Assembly (NCBI GenBank): GCA_050014195.1
Contig: JBEKDT010000020.1
Span: forward strand, 24,006-88,005
Length of the DNA stretch: 64,000 nt
Source of the DNA: Desulfomonilia bacterium
GTDB lineage: Bacteria; Desulfobacterota; Desulfomonilia; UBA1062
Reading direction: 5' to 3'
The notes under the pieces were generated by a model that saw only the letters and a list, made by a program, of their open reading frames with translations, made no database searches and was not told the DNA's origin. Both the position numbers and the translations under genes were made by a program. Positions 47,032-56,410 of the stretch are shown piece by piece; positions within the stretch are counted from its first letter, which is position 1; each line of letters begins with the position of its first letter.

Positions 47032-49689
47032 TTACATGCAGCCCTTAAAGAGATCGATGCACTGATCCAGGCTCGGCAAGATCGGGTTGAACATGGTTGG
47101 GAACTCGGAGAGGGTAACGACCGATAACTCTGGTATTGCATCCTCGGGAACTCCCAGCTCGCTTATCGTCAGGGGGTGATTGATATCCTTCATCAGGTTG
47201 ACCACACACTCCACGGAGGCCGCAGCAGCCTTCTTCCTGGACATCTTCGCGGTATTCACCCCGAAGGCCTCCGCAATATCTATGAACAGGTCTTCACAGG
47301 CCCCCAGGCTGAAATTCATGATGTGCGGAAGGAATATCCCGCACAGGGCGCCATGATGCGCATGGAACTTGGCGCCCACTGCATGTGCCATGCCATGCCC
47401 CAGGCACGTCATGCTCATATTGATGGCGATGCCGGCATTGGCCGAGGCCATGAGCATGTTGAACCGTGCATCTACATCATCACCCTTCTCCACGGCTGTC
47501 CGGAGGTTCTTGGAGATGAGCCGGATGGCCTCGAGAGCGAATTGCTTGCTCATCATATTGCGCCTCGTGCAGACTATGGTTTCAATGGCATGGCTTAAAG
47601 CATCCATACCGGTGGCCGCGGTGATCTTCGGCGGCAGCCCCAGGGTAAGCAACGGGTCCAGGATCGCCACATTGGGCGTTGCAGGGTATTCTGCGAGGTT
47701 TATCTTGCGGTTGATGGTGCGGTTCATGACCACCGCGATATTTGTCATCTCACTGCCGGTCCCTGCTGTGGTGGGGATCGCAATGTGCGGGATCACGGGG
47801 TTGTTGAGCGCGAACATCGTGATATTGTCGATGGCCTTGCCCCCCTGGGTAAGGGTGACGGCAGTAACCTTGGCGGTATCGATGGAACTCCCGCCCCCCA
47901 GGCTCACGATACACTCCGCACGGGCTTGCTTACAGAATTCCACTGCCTCGTCGATCGTTTCATAGCCGGAGTTCTCCACCACGTCATCGAACACGCCCAC
48001 GCAGTAGCTCCCCATGGCCTTAACCACGCGATCCACCAGTCCGGCCGCCCTGAGCCCCTTGTCGGTAATGATGACCGCCCTCTTAGTGTTCATCAGATTC
48101 AACTCATGCGGAAGGCTCGATATGTAGCCCGGACCTGCATTGACCTTGACCGGGTTATTGTAATGGAAGGACTTGGCCGGTGGATACTGGTGTATGATGC
48201 TGAACAGCAAGCAGCGTTCCTTCTCAGCCTCCGGGTTCATCTCGATCCGTTTGATCTGGGTATACTCCTCCAGGCCCGCGGCGCCCCATTCGCGGCCAAA
48301 ACCGCTCTGCTTGTAGCCGCCGAAGGGGTTCATGTCGCCATAGTTGTGCCAGTCATTGATCCAGATGGTTCCTGCCTTGATCTTGGATGCGAGGTCTTCG
48401 GCCAGATTCATATCCTTTGAGAATACGCCGCCACCAAGCCCGAACGGAGTATCATTGGCGATCTCGATGGCCTCGTCGTAGTCTTTGAACGGTATAACGC
48501 AGGCCACCGGCCCGAATATTTCCTCCTGGGCGATCCTCATGGAGTTCTTCACATCGGCGAATATGGTGGGCTCACAGTAGAAGCCTCCCTTGAGCTTGGG
48601 ATCATCCGGTTTCTTGCCGCCGCAGACCAGATTGGCACCTTCCTTTTTGCCGATCTCTATATAGCTCAGGATCGTATCGAGCTGCTTCTTGCTCACAATG
48701 GGGCCAAACTGTGTGGCATTATCCATCTGGTACCCGATCCTTAAAGCCTTGGTGCGGGCAACCAGCTTTTCGACGAACTGATCGTAGATCTTTTCATGGA
48801 CGATGATCCGCGTACCCGATTCGCATACCTGACCGGAATGGAGGAACGTGCCGCACATCGCGCCGTCCACCGCAAAATCCAGGTCCGCATCCTCACAGAT
48901 GATGTTTGGCGATTTGCCGCCGAGCTCGAGGGTGACCTTCTTGATGTTCTTGGCTGCCATGCTCATGATGTCCACTCCCACCTCGGTGGAGCCGGTGAAG
49001 GCGATCTTGTCGATCTTCGGATTGGTGCACAAGGCCTTTCCCAGAGTCGAGCCGGGACCGGTGACGATGTTCATAACGCCCTTGGGGATACGGGTCTTCA
49101 TGAGTGCCTCTGTGAAGACCAGCATGGACAGGCTCGTGTCGGATGCCGGCTTGACCACCACGGTATTTCCCATGGCAAGTGCGTGGATGCACTTGTACAT
49201 GGCCGACAGGAAGGGGAAGTTCCATGGCACGATACCCACGCAGACACCCAACGGCTCCCTCCTGATGTAGTTCAACCCTGCGACAAACCCGTTGCGGGAC
49301 TTGGGCAGGTCTTCCTTCCACTTGAAATCATAGGCCGCATACCTTGCAAGGTTTCTCAACCCACCGATGACCGTGATCACGTCGAATGAGGTCCTCGTGA
49401 TGAGGCCCCCTGAATCCAGCGCCTCCCACCTGGCTAAGAGCGGTATATACTCATACAGGAGGTCGGAAAGCTCAATGAGTATCCGTGAACGTTCTGCCGG
49501 CTGCATATTGCTCCAGACACCTGAATCAAAGGCCTTCCGGGCCGCATCCACTGCCGCGTTCGCATCCTCGGGTCCGCCATAAGCGAAGGTGGCAATCACC
49601 TTTCCGGTACCCGGATCAATGGCCTCGGCCTTGGTGCCGCCTATGGCATCGACCGTTTCACCATTTATGAACATCTTGAAATAATCCAT
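47032..49689 (-). CDS. Fusion of NAD-dependent (non-acylating type) aldehyde dehydrogenase and iron-containing alcohol dehydrogenase
   Basis: PWNFP, FTGSTEVG, LELGGKSP, GQVCESG, EEIFGPV and FGGYKQSG, then GGGSSID, PTTAGTGSE, DALSHAIE and HGMAH...HHG. Confidence 0.9.
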   Translation of the reverse strand: MDYFKMFINGETVDAIGGTKAEAIDPGTGKVIATFAYGGPEDANAAVDAARKAFDSGVWSNMQPAERSRILIELSDLLYEYIPLLARWEALDSGGLITRTSFDVITVIGGLRNLARYAAYDFKWKEDLPKSRNGFVAGLNYIRREPLGVCVGIVPWNFPFLSAMYKCIHALAMGNTVVVKPASDTSLSMLVFTEALMKTRIPKGVMNIVTGPGSTLGKALCTNPKIDKIAFTGSTEVGVDIMSMAAKNIKKVTLELGGKSPNIICEDADLDFAVDGAMCGTFLHSGQVCESGTRIIVHEKIYDQFVEKLVARTKALRIGYQMDNATQFGPIVSKKQLDTILSYIEIGKKEGANLVCGGKKPDDPKLKGGFYCEPTIFADVKNSMRIAQEEIFGPVACVIPFKDYDEAIEIANDTPFGLGGGVFSKDMNLAEDLASKIKAGTIWINDWHNYGDMNPFGGYKQSGFGREWGAAGLEEYTQIKRIEMNPEAEKERCLLFSIIHQYPPAKSFHYNNPVKVNAGPGYISSLPHELNLMNTKRAVIITDKGLRAAGLVDRVVKAMGSYCVGVFDDVVENSGYETIDEAVEFCKQARAECIVSLGGGSSIDTAKVTAVTLTQGGKAIDNITMFALNNPVIPHIAIPTTAGTGSEMTNIAVVMNRTINRKINLAEYPATPNVAILDPLLTLGLPPKITAATGMDALSHAIETIVCTRRNMMSKQFALEAIRLISKNLRTAVEKGDDVDARFNMLMASANAGIAINMSMTCLGHGMAHAVGAKFHAHHGALCGIFLPHIMNFSLGACEDLFIDIAEAFGVNTAKMSRKKAAAASVECVVNLMKDINHPLTISELGVPEDAIPELSVVTLSEFPTMFNPILPSLDQCIDLFKGCM

Positions 49690-49819
49690 CTGGTCCTCCT
49701 TATCTCACTTACCTGGGTTGTTTTTTATTTTAATGTCCTGATTCTTTTGCCTTCACGGGTTTGTCTCATGATACGTTTTTATAGCGATGACGTCATAGGC
49801 CCTCCCTGCCTGATTATGA

Positions 49820-50593
49820 CTATTTGAACTGGGAGAAGTACTTGTCCGCAACGTCTTTGGGAGGCGTCTTGTACATGCTCTTGCGGCTGATCCAAGGGAT
49901 ACCCGCTTTCTTGAGGCCACCGAAGAGTTCCGCATACTTTACGCTTGCAATGCAGGGATCTACGAGAGGTATTCCATCGACGTCGTGAATACCATTGGCA
50001 GTAAGCACGGGGATCCATGCCCAGCACCCGAGGACGATGACTTCAGCCCCGTCATCGGCGCAGCTTCTTACGGTGTCCTTGAAGCTGTCTATTATCTTGC
50101 TCGGATCTACGGCGCTCCAATCCATCCTGGTGATTGCACGGATGGGGCGGTTATCGATCATTCTGTCCCTAAGGCCATAGGTGAGGGCATTTCTCAGCTG
50201 AATGTGCTGACATTCATAGTTCGGAACCACTATTGCAAATTTTTCGCCCATGGAACAGGCCAGATGCATGGATGCCTCGCCGCCCCCGATGACCGGAATC
50301 TTTACGATACCGCGTGAAGCCAGTAACGATGGGTCATAGAAACATCCCATTATCAATGCATCAGCGCCCTTTTCCTGCTCCTCGTACATCCCCATCAGCA
50401 TGGTTGTTTCGCAGAAAAGGTGAAAACTGTAATAGTCTCCATCGTCCACATGGGTCAGTCCTTTTCCCAAGTTCTTGTAGTCGATCTCCGTATCCGGATT
50501 CTGTACTTTCTTCGCGACGTTGAGAATCACTTTCTCCGCTCCAAAACTTTCAATAAGACCGTCTGTAAATGCTCCTAAAATGGTTATTTTCAT
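49820..50593 (-). CDS. Asp/Glu/hydantoin racemase family protein
   Basis: Two-cysteine motifs GCFYDP and VIVLGC; GIPLVDP. Confidence 0.85.
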   Translation of the reverse strand: MKITILGAFTDGLIESFGAEKVILNVAKKVQNPDTEIDYKNLGKGLTHVDDGDYYSFHLFCETTMLMGMYEEQEKGADALIMGCFYDPSLLASRGIVKIPVIGGGEASMHLACSMGEKFAIVVPNYECQHIQLRNALTYGLRDRMIDNRPIRAITRMDWSAVDPSKIIDSFKDTVRSCADDGAEVIVLGCWAWIPVLTANGIHDVDGIPLVDPCIASVKYAELFGGLKKAGIPWISRKSMYKTPPKDVADKYFSQFK

Positions 50594-50628
50594 TAATGTA
50601 TCCCCCCTGCATTTTTTATAGTAATATT

Positions 50629-51357
50629 CTACTCGTATACCTCTGTCTCCAGCACCTTCATATCGTGTCCCGGTATGATTGATGCGCCGAGCTTCGAGAC
50701 TTTAACCTGTGTTTCATAATACTCTCTCAGGTTTACGAAGAGCCCGTTTGGCCAGGGAGGGTTGTGATTGATCGATTCATAGAGGGGAACACAGTCACCT
50801 GCCAGGAAATACCGTTTTCCCTGAGCTTCGACCAGTACACCCTGAAGTCCTTCGGTGTGACCGGGGGCAAAAATGACTGATACACCCTTTACGATCTCCT
50901 GATCCCCGTCCACCAAGGTGTAATGGATCTCTTCCACGTATTTCCGGATATACGCCACCGCAAGGAGCGGCACAGGATTCAGGGCCGATTCAAGTTCTTT
51001 TTTCTGTACGATGATCTCGGCATTGGGAAACAGGTCATTCCCTGCACAATGGTCCCAATGGAGGTGGTTGTTGATCACGATGTCTATCTCTTCAGGGCTC
51101 ACTCCCACCTTGTTCTTGAGGGCAATTACGATCTCCTGGTCCTTTTCCCTCACATAGGGGGCTCGTAACTTTGACTCCACCGGATCATTCGGATCAGACC
51201 CTCCGGTATCAACGAGGATCTTTTTTCCAGCCCCTTCAATGTAGAACGCCAGGAGAGGGAACTCCATCTTGACGCCATAGCCGATCTTGAACATGAGACT
51301 ATCCTTGTGCCTGGTAATGGTACCCAGATGTAATGGATGAATCCTGATCAAAGACAT
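50629..51357 (-). CDS. Metallo-beta-lactamase-fold lactonase (AHL-lactonase/AttM-like)
   Basis: LVDTG, HLHWDHC, PGHT, AGD..PLY and PGHD. Confidence 0.85.
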   Translation of the reverse strand: MSLIRIHPLHLGTITRHKDSLMFKIGYGVKMEFPLLAFYIEGAGKKILVDTGGSDPNDPVESKLRAPYVREKDQEIVIALKNKVGVSPEEIDIVINNHLHWDHCAGNDLFPNAEIIVQKKELESALNPVPLLAVAYIRKYVEEIHYTLVDGDQEIVKGVSVIFAPGHTEGLQGVLVEAQGKRYFLAGDCVPLYESINHNPPWPNGLFVNLREYYETQVKVSKLGASIIPGHDMKVLETEVYE

Positions 51358-51454
51358 CTTTTATCCCCCCTTAGAACTCTTTGGGCTCACTCCTCATCGT
51401 TATGAAAACCCCATCCGAAATCTGAGTCGACACCTGCCGGACAGTAGCTCTCTC

Positions 51455-51976
51455 TTACAGATTAAGCTTCTTGGTTTCTTCCATCGCCATTTTCCCGATT
51501 TTCTTCAGGATCCCGTCAATACCTCCGGCATCGATGATCTCACGCATCTTCTCCGGGAGCGGAGTCGCCTGAAACTGCAATCCCGATTTCTTGACATGTA
51601 TGTGGCCACTGTCCAGCGATATGCTCAGTTCTTCGAATCTCTCTATCTTACCGGCGATACCTTTCACCGCCATGGTCGGCAGACCGATGGCTATGGCGTT
51701 TCGAAAAAAGATCCTCGCAAAATCCTCTGCCAGGATGCATCCGACTCCCAGGTGCTTAAGTACCTGAGGTGCCATCTCACGGCTTGATCCGCATCCGAAA
51801 TTCTTGCCCCCTACAATAATGTCTCCCGGCTTCACATCATTTATGAAGGAGGGTTCTATTGCTTCAAAGACATGCTTGGCCTGCTCCTCAATGGATGCCA
51901 TCAGATACTGCCCAGGTACGATCAGATCAGTATCTATGTTGTCTCCAAAAACCCATGCCCTACCCTGAATAAGCAT
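51455..51976 (-). CDS. LeuD/DmdB/HacB-type hydratase small subunit
   Basis: GDNIDTD, NFGCGSSRE and FARIFFRN. Confidence 0.92.
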   Translation of the reverse strand: MLIQGRAWVFGDNIDTDLIVPGQYLMASIEEQAKHVFEAIEPSFINDVKPGDIIVGGKNFGCGSSREMAPQVLKHLGVGCILAEDFARIFFRNAIAIGLPTMAVKGIAGKIERFEELSISLDSGHIHVKKSGLQFQATPLPEKMREIIDAGGIDGILKKIGKMAMEETKKLNL

Positions 51977-53230
51977 TTATAACCCCTCCCTCGGATCGGT
52001 GATTCGTCCGTTTAAGGCTGACATCGCTACTGTTGCTGGTGAAGCTAGATATACTTTCGCATCTGAGCTGCCCATTCTTCCCTTGAAATTCCTATTGGTG
52101 GATGAGATGCACGTCTCCCCTGAGGCAAGCAGTCCGCCCTGGCTCCCGAAACATGGTCCGCACGAAGGGGCACATATGATGGCTCCTGCTGCAGAAAGAG
52201 TCTGAATAATACCTTCATCCATGGCGCGCCTGAATGTTTGTCTGGATGCAGGGTATACATACATCCGTACCGAAGGACTTACCTGTTTTTCTTTCAATAT
52301 CTCCGCCGCTGTCCTGAGGTCTTCCAGCCTGCCGTTGGTGCATGACCCCAGCAGGGCCTGGTCGATAGGCTCTCCTGCTATTTCCCGGACCGGCTTTACG
52401 TTTTCCACCGAGTGCGGGAGAGCCACCATCGGCTCAAGATCGGTCGCGTCGAGCTCATATTCATGAGTGAAACTGGCATCCGCATCCGATTCGAATGCCT
52501 CCGGGCATTCGGTCCCGATGGACTGCAGATAGCTCCGCGTTACATTATCCACGGGGAATAATCCGAATTTCGCGCCAAACTCGACAGACATGTTGCTCAA
52601 CACGAGACGGGAATCAATGGAAAGGTCTTTGAGCAGGTCGCCTACGAATTCTATCGCCAGGTACTGGCCGAACTCCGCTCCGAACCTCCCTGCAAGGGCG
52701 AGGCTCACATCCTTGGAACCGACCCTTTCCTGCAACGTGCCGTTCAGGTTGACCCGGATCGAATGGGGCACCTGAAACCACAGATCACCGGTAGCGAGCA
52801 CATATGCCATCTCGGATGTGCCTATACCCGCCGCTGCAGCTGCCAGGCCACCGTATGTGCAGGTGTGGGAATCTGTTCCCACAATCAGATCCCCTGGCTT
52901 TACAAGCCCCATTTCCACCATCACCTGGTGGCAGATCCCTTCCCGCTCACCATAGTAATGCTTAATCCCGTATTGCTTCACCATCTTACGGATCTTGGCA
53001 TGACCCTCCGCCATACCTACATTCGGAGATGGGACGTAATGATCCATGATGACCACTACCTTCTCGGGGTCCCATACTTTGGTGATCCCTGAAGCAATCA
53101 GCTTGCCGCATGAAAGGAGGAACCCCTCGTGACACATTGCCATGTCAACGGGCAGTACGACATATTCGCCAGCTTGTACTGGCTTTCCTGCCTTTGAGGA
53201 AAACAACTTCTCTGTCATTGTCTGTCCCAT
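51977..53230 (-). CDS. LeuC/DmdA/HacA-type [4Fe-4S] hydratase large subunit
   Basis: DH, GICH, DSHT, GSCTN, CGPC and STNRNF. Confidence 0.92.
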   Translation of the reverse strand: MGQTMTEKLFSSKAGKPVQAGEYVVLPVDMAMCHEGFLLSCGKLIASGITKVWDPEKVVVIMDHYVPSPNVGMAEGHAKIRKMVKQYGIKHYYGEREGICHQVMVEMGLVKPGDLIVGTDSHTCTYGGLAAAAAGIGTSEMAYVLATGDLWFQVPHSIRVNLNGTLQERVGSKDVSLALAGRFGAEFGQYLAIEFVGDLLKDLSIDSRLVLSNMSVEFGAKFGLFPVDNVTRSYLQSIGTECPEAFESDADASFTHEYELDATDLEPMVALPHSVENVKPVREIAGEPIDQALLGSCTNGRLEDLRTAAEILKEKQVSPSVRMYVYPASRQTFRRAMDEGIIQTLSAAGAIICAPSCGPCFGSQGGLLASGETCISSTNRNFKGRMGSSDAKVYLASPATVAMSALNGRITDPREGL

Positions 53231-53369
53231 GAAAACCCCTCTTTCCCTATCTTGGCGTCAGGTTCTTCGAAAAAACATTGTATCGAGGAACTTGTTCATG
53301 ATGTCTGTCCCAATGAGCCTCATTCGTATTCGTGTGCAGGGGCATAATGCTAAAATTTGATTAATGCAT

Positions 53370-54491
53370 TCAGACAGTCTCTTTCTTTACCAGGGCGTAT
53401 CCTTCCATCAGCCGTCTTGCCGTACGGTAGACAATGATCTTTTTGACCTCGATGCCAACAGGCGTCTCGCTTATCTCAATACCTTCGAGCTCTGCGCTTC
53501 CTGACGGGTGGCCCATTCTCACCATCCCTCTACCCGCAAGACCAGGTGAAGCCACCTCGTTCACCACGGTCCCCGGGACCATGGCTGCAGTACCGCAACA
53601 GTTGATCATGGAGGCGGCGAACGTCTTGTGCAGCTTACCCATAAAGATCATCCTCACGAGGAAATCCACCTGATCCGCCGTTACGGTCTGGCCGGTTACA
53701 TAGCTTGTATAATTCAACGAAGGTGCCACATAAGTAAGCAGGGCAATGTTATTTATCTTGGCCATGGCCGCCTTGGTAATGGCATCGCTCTTCTTGAGAA
53801 GCTCGGCATTGGAGTCAATTTCATCCGGCGATTCAGTACCTTTCAAGCCTAGATCCGCTGCTTTTACAAAAACACCGGGATTGGCCACATCCACAATGGA
53901 TACCGTTATCTTTCCCACTCCCTCGACTTCGAGGATGTCTTTCACATTACCCGTAGGAAGAAGACGCCCGGTATTCGCCCCCACCATGTCCGACCAGTTG
54001 AGCTCGATCTTTGCAGCCGTACCGGGAACGCCGTCTATGGCAAAATCACCGCCGATTTTCACCCGGTTGCCGATAACCGGAACTTTGGCCTCGATGATGC
54101 GGCCGTTATTCGTACAATGAATACGGACTGTTGTTTCAGGTTCCTTTGGCCTCACAAATCCTTCATCTATGGCATAGGGACCGACTGCGGCCGAGACATT
54201 CCCGCATACTCCACCATAAAAGATCGCAGGAGAATCAATGGAGACCTGGCCGAATGTATAATCAATGTCCGCATCCGGCCTGGAAGACGGTCCGACTATC
54301 GCTAGCTTGGAGGTCAGGGGATCAGCTCCGCCAAGTCCGTCAATCTGGCGTTTATCAGGGCTACCGAAAATGGCACATATGATCTTATCGCGCTGCGCAG
54401 CGTCTCGCGGAAGATCATTCTCTTTGAGGAAAACAGCCTTGCTTGTCCCTCCCCGATAGATGACTGTCGGTATACGTATCATTTCATCCAT
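53370..54491 (-). CDS. PrpF/Mii-family isomerase (3-methylitaconate isomerase-like)
   Basis: RGGTSK, QIDGLGG, TSK, CGN, HPSG and RTARRLMEG. Confidence 0.92.
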   Translation of the reverse strand: MDEMIRIPTVIYRGGTSKAVFLKENDLPRDAAQRDKIICAIFGSPDKRQIDGLGGADPLTSKLAIVGPSSRPDADIDYTFGQVSIDSPAIFYGGVCGNVSAAVGPYAIDEGFVRPKEPETTVRIHCTNNGRIIEAKVPVIGNRVKIGGDFAIDGVPGTAAKIELNWSDMVGANTGRLLPTGNVKDILEVEGVGKITVSIVDVANPGVFVKAADLGLKGTESPDEIDSNAELLKKSDAITKAAMAKINNIALLTYVAPSLNYTSYVTGQTVTADQVDFLVRMIFMGKLHKTFAASMINCCGTAAMVPGTVVNEVASPGLAGRGMVRMGHPSGSAELEGIEISETPVGIEVKKIIVYRTARRLMEGYALVKKETV

Positions 54492-54520
54492 TGCGCTTCC
54501 TCCCAATTGAACTATGATGC

Positions 54521-55930
54521 CTACCTTATGAGATCAGCGATAACCGAGATGTCACCAACCTGCTCAAGATTCTTGACCGTCTCAATGAACTTTTTTCTCT
54601 TGTCTGAATCGATGTATCTTTCTGTCAGCTGATTGAATTTCACCTCTATCTCATCGAATGAGACCGGGTTCTCCGGGTCACCCTTGGGATAGTCGACATG
54701 CGAGGTAAGCACCCGTCCATCCTTCAAGGTGGCGACCATAGTGGCAGGATAGTATTTGGGATAGACCTTCTCGGCCTCGGGATCCACCTCTGCGGAGACC
54801 AGACTAGCCACCCTCAGGATCTCCGGGTTGGTGAAGGTCTCCTTCTTGAATTCATCAATGCCGGTCCGGTTGCGGCAGATGGCAACCGCAGTAGTATAGG
54901 GGAGACTGAACTGCGCATCGACATGTGTCTCTGGCTGATATTTCTTGTCATGCGGTTGAGTCAAAGCCTGCACGGTAAAATTACATGTCTTGACCACGAT
55001 CTTTTCGACATTGTCGGCCCTGACACCCTGCTTGTACAAGTCGATGGCACAATCTGCTATCGGTCCATTGAACCTGCAGCAAGCATGCACCTTTATGCTG
55101 GTGTCCTTCATCTCCCATTTCTTGCCCAGATTGTCTGTCATACGGGCATAATCGTACGTATCTTTATAGGAATGCGCTCTGATAAATCCCATGGTGCCCT
55201 CGAAGATTGTTCTGGCACCGGTAAAGTTCTGTTGTGCCAGCTCGGCGCATATTATACCCGACATGGCCGGCTGACCCGCCTGAAGGGGCTTCTGCATGGA
55301 GCCCTCTGTCCCCCATTCCAATGTACCTGACGCAAAGCTCCCCCCAAGACCGAGCGCCCAAGAGATCTGCTGCGGGGTCAGGTTCAGGATCAGAGAAGAG
55401 CCCATGGCCGCTCCGAACACTCCGCAGGTTCCGGTGGGATGGAACCCCTGGTAGTAGCTCTTTCCTAAAAAGGCTTCACCTGCCCTGATCATCACTTCCA
55501 GACCGCTTACCAATGCGCGGATATAACGTTTCCCATCGATCTTGTATTTTTCTCCCAGAGCAAAGACCGCAGGCATGACCGCCACTGAAGGATGCATGGT
55601 TCCCTCGCGATGATCATCGTCATAATCATAGATGTGGCCCTTGGTACCATTGATGAAGGCCGCATGCATGGCCGATGTCTTGAAACCGCCGGCAATGACC
55701 GAACAATCGGGATTGCCTCCCTGTGCCTTCATGACCTCGATAACAGCCTTTACCTGATGCTCTTCCTTGGAACGAACGGCACAGCCGAACATGTCGATCA
55801 TATAGATCTTGGTCATTCTGATGACTTCATCCGGAAGATCCTCAAATTTCAAACCTGTAAAGAACTCTGCATAAGTCTCTGCAATCGGCTTGCTGAGCTT
55901 TTTCTCGAAATCAATCTTCTCTGTTCCCAT
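54521..55930 (-). CDS. MmgE/PrpD-family protein
   Basis: DYDDDH, HPS, GFHPTG, KVHACCR, AQFSLPY and KGDPENP. Confidence 0.9.
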   Translation of the reverse strand: MGTEKIDFEKKLSKPIAETYAEFFTGLKFEDLPDEVIRMTKIYMIDMFGCAVRSKEEHQVKAVIEVMKAQGGNPDCSVIAGGFKTSAMHAAFINGTKGHIYDYDDDHREGTMHPSVAVMPAVFALGEKYKIDGKRYIRALVSGLEVMIRAGEAFLGKSYYQGFHPTGTCGVFGAAMGSSLILNLTPQQISWALGLGGSFASGTLEWGTEGSMQKPLQAGQPAMSGIICAELAQQNFTGARTIFEGTMGFIRAHSYKDTYDYARMTDNLGKKWEMKDTSIKVHACCRFNGPIADCAIDLYKQGVRADNVEKIVVKTCNFTVQALTQPHDKKYQPETHVDAQFSLPYTTAVAICRNRTGIDEFKKETFTNPEILRVASLVSAEVDPEAEKVYPKYYPATMVATLKDGRVLTSHVDYPKGDPENPVSFDEIEVKFNQLTERYIDSDKRKKFIETVKNLEQVGDISVIADLIR

Positions 55931-56019
55931 ATCACTTCCCTCCCATAGTGAGTTGTCCATGGATTTTTTTTATTCAATTTCTCGGCCTCGCAATTCACGT
56001 TCCTGGAAACACCCATTAA

Positions 56020-56058
56020 GTATACTAAGAGTATACACATTGAATCATATGCTGTCAA
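56020..56058 (-). promoter_or_regulatory. sigma70 promoter with overlapping operator
   Basis: TTGACA (56058-56053)-17bp-TATACT (56035-56030); GTATAC-TAAGA-GTATAC at 56020-56036. Confidence 0.8.
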
Positions 56059-56165
56059 CCTTATTTTAATTAGCATCCGTTGTATTCTTCAACCATTTGT
56101 CAATCATGATCCTTTCCTGTTCCATTGCTTCATATATTCTACATAAGTATACTAATGGTATTGTT

Positions 56166-56318
56166 TCATCGTGCCTGTTGATACTCTTCAAATAAACGGC
56201 ATTCGCTCTTGAGCTTCGATAATATACGCACCCCTTGCCTTACAAGTGCCTCAAGTATTTCTCTCCGCTCCAAATTCAGCTTAATAATGCGAGCTTGTTC
56301 TCTTAAAGCATTATCCAT
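56166..56318 (-). CDS. Small hypothetical protein (50 aa)
   Basis: MDNALREQARIIKLNLERRE...; amphipathic; weak RBS. Confidence 0.3.
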   Translation of the reverse strand: MDNALREQARIIKLNLERREILEALVRQGVRILSKLKSECRLFEEYQQAR

Positions 56319-56344
56319 GGGATCTCTCTCTTTACTTTCATTTA

Positions 56345-56379
56345 CAAAAACCCCGGTGACTCGAGGGCAAGTCACCGGG
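56345..56379 (-). terminator. Rho-independent terminator of the lyase-transport operon
   Basis: CCCGGTGACT/AGTCACCGGG stem followed by GTTTTT on the minus strand. Confidence 0.7.
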
Positions 56380-56410
56380 CGGAGGAGGGTATTGTTGCTG
56401 GCCTATTCCC

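Noticed and set aside
47032-49689. Calling this gene adhE
   Set aside because: The ALDH half has non-acylating family motifs
50629-51357. Quorum-quenching or beta-lactam resistance role for the MBL protein
   Set aside because: The family is broad and the operon context favours a catabolic lactonase
51455-53230. Calling these leuC/leuD of leucine biosynthesis
   Set aside because: No leuA or leuB nearby; catabolic context with PrpF and a lyase
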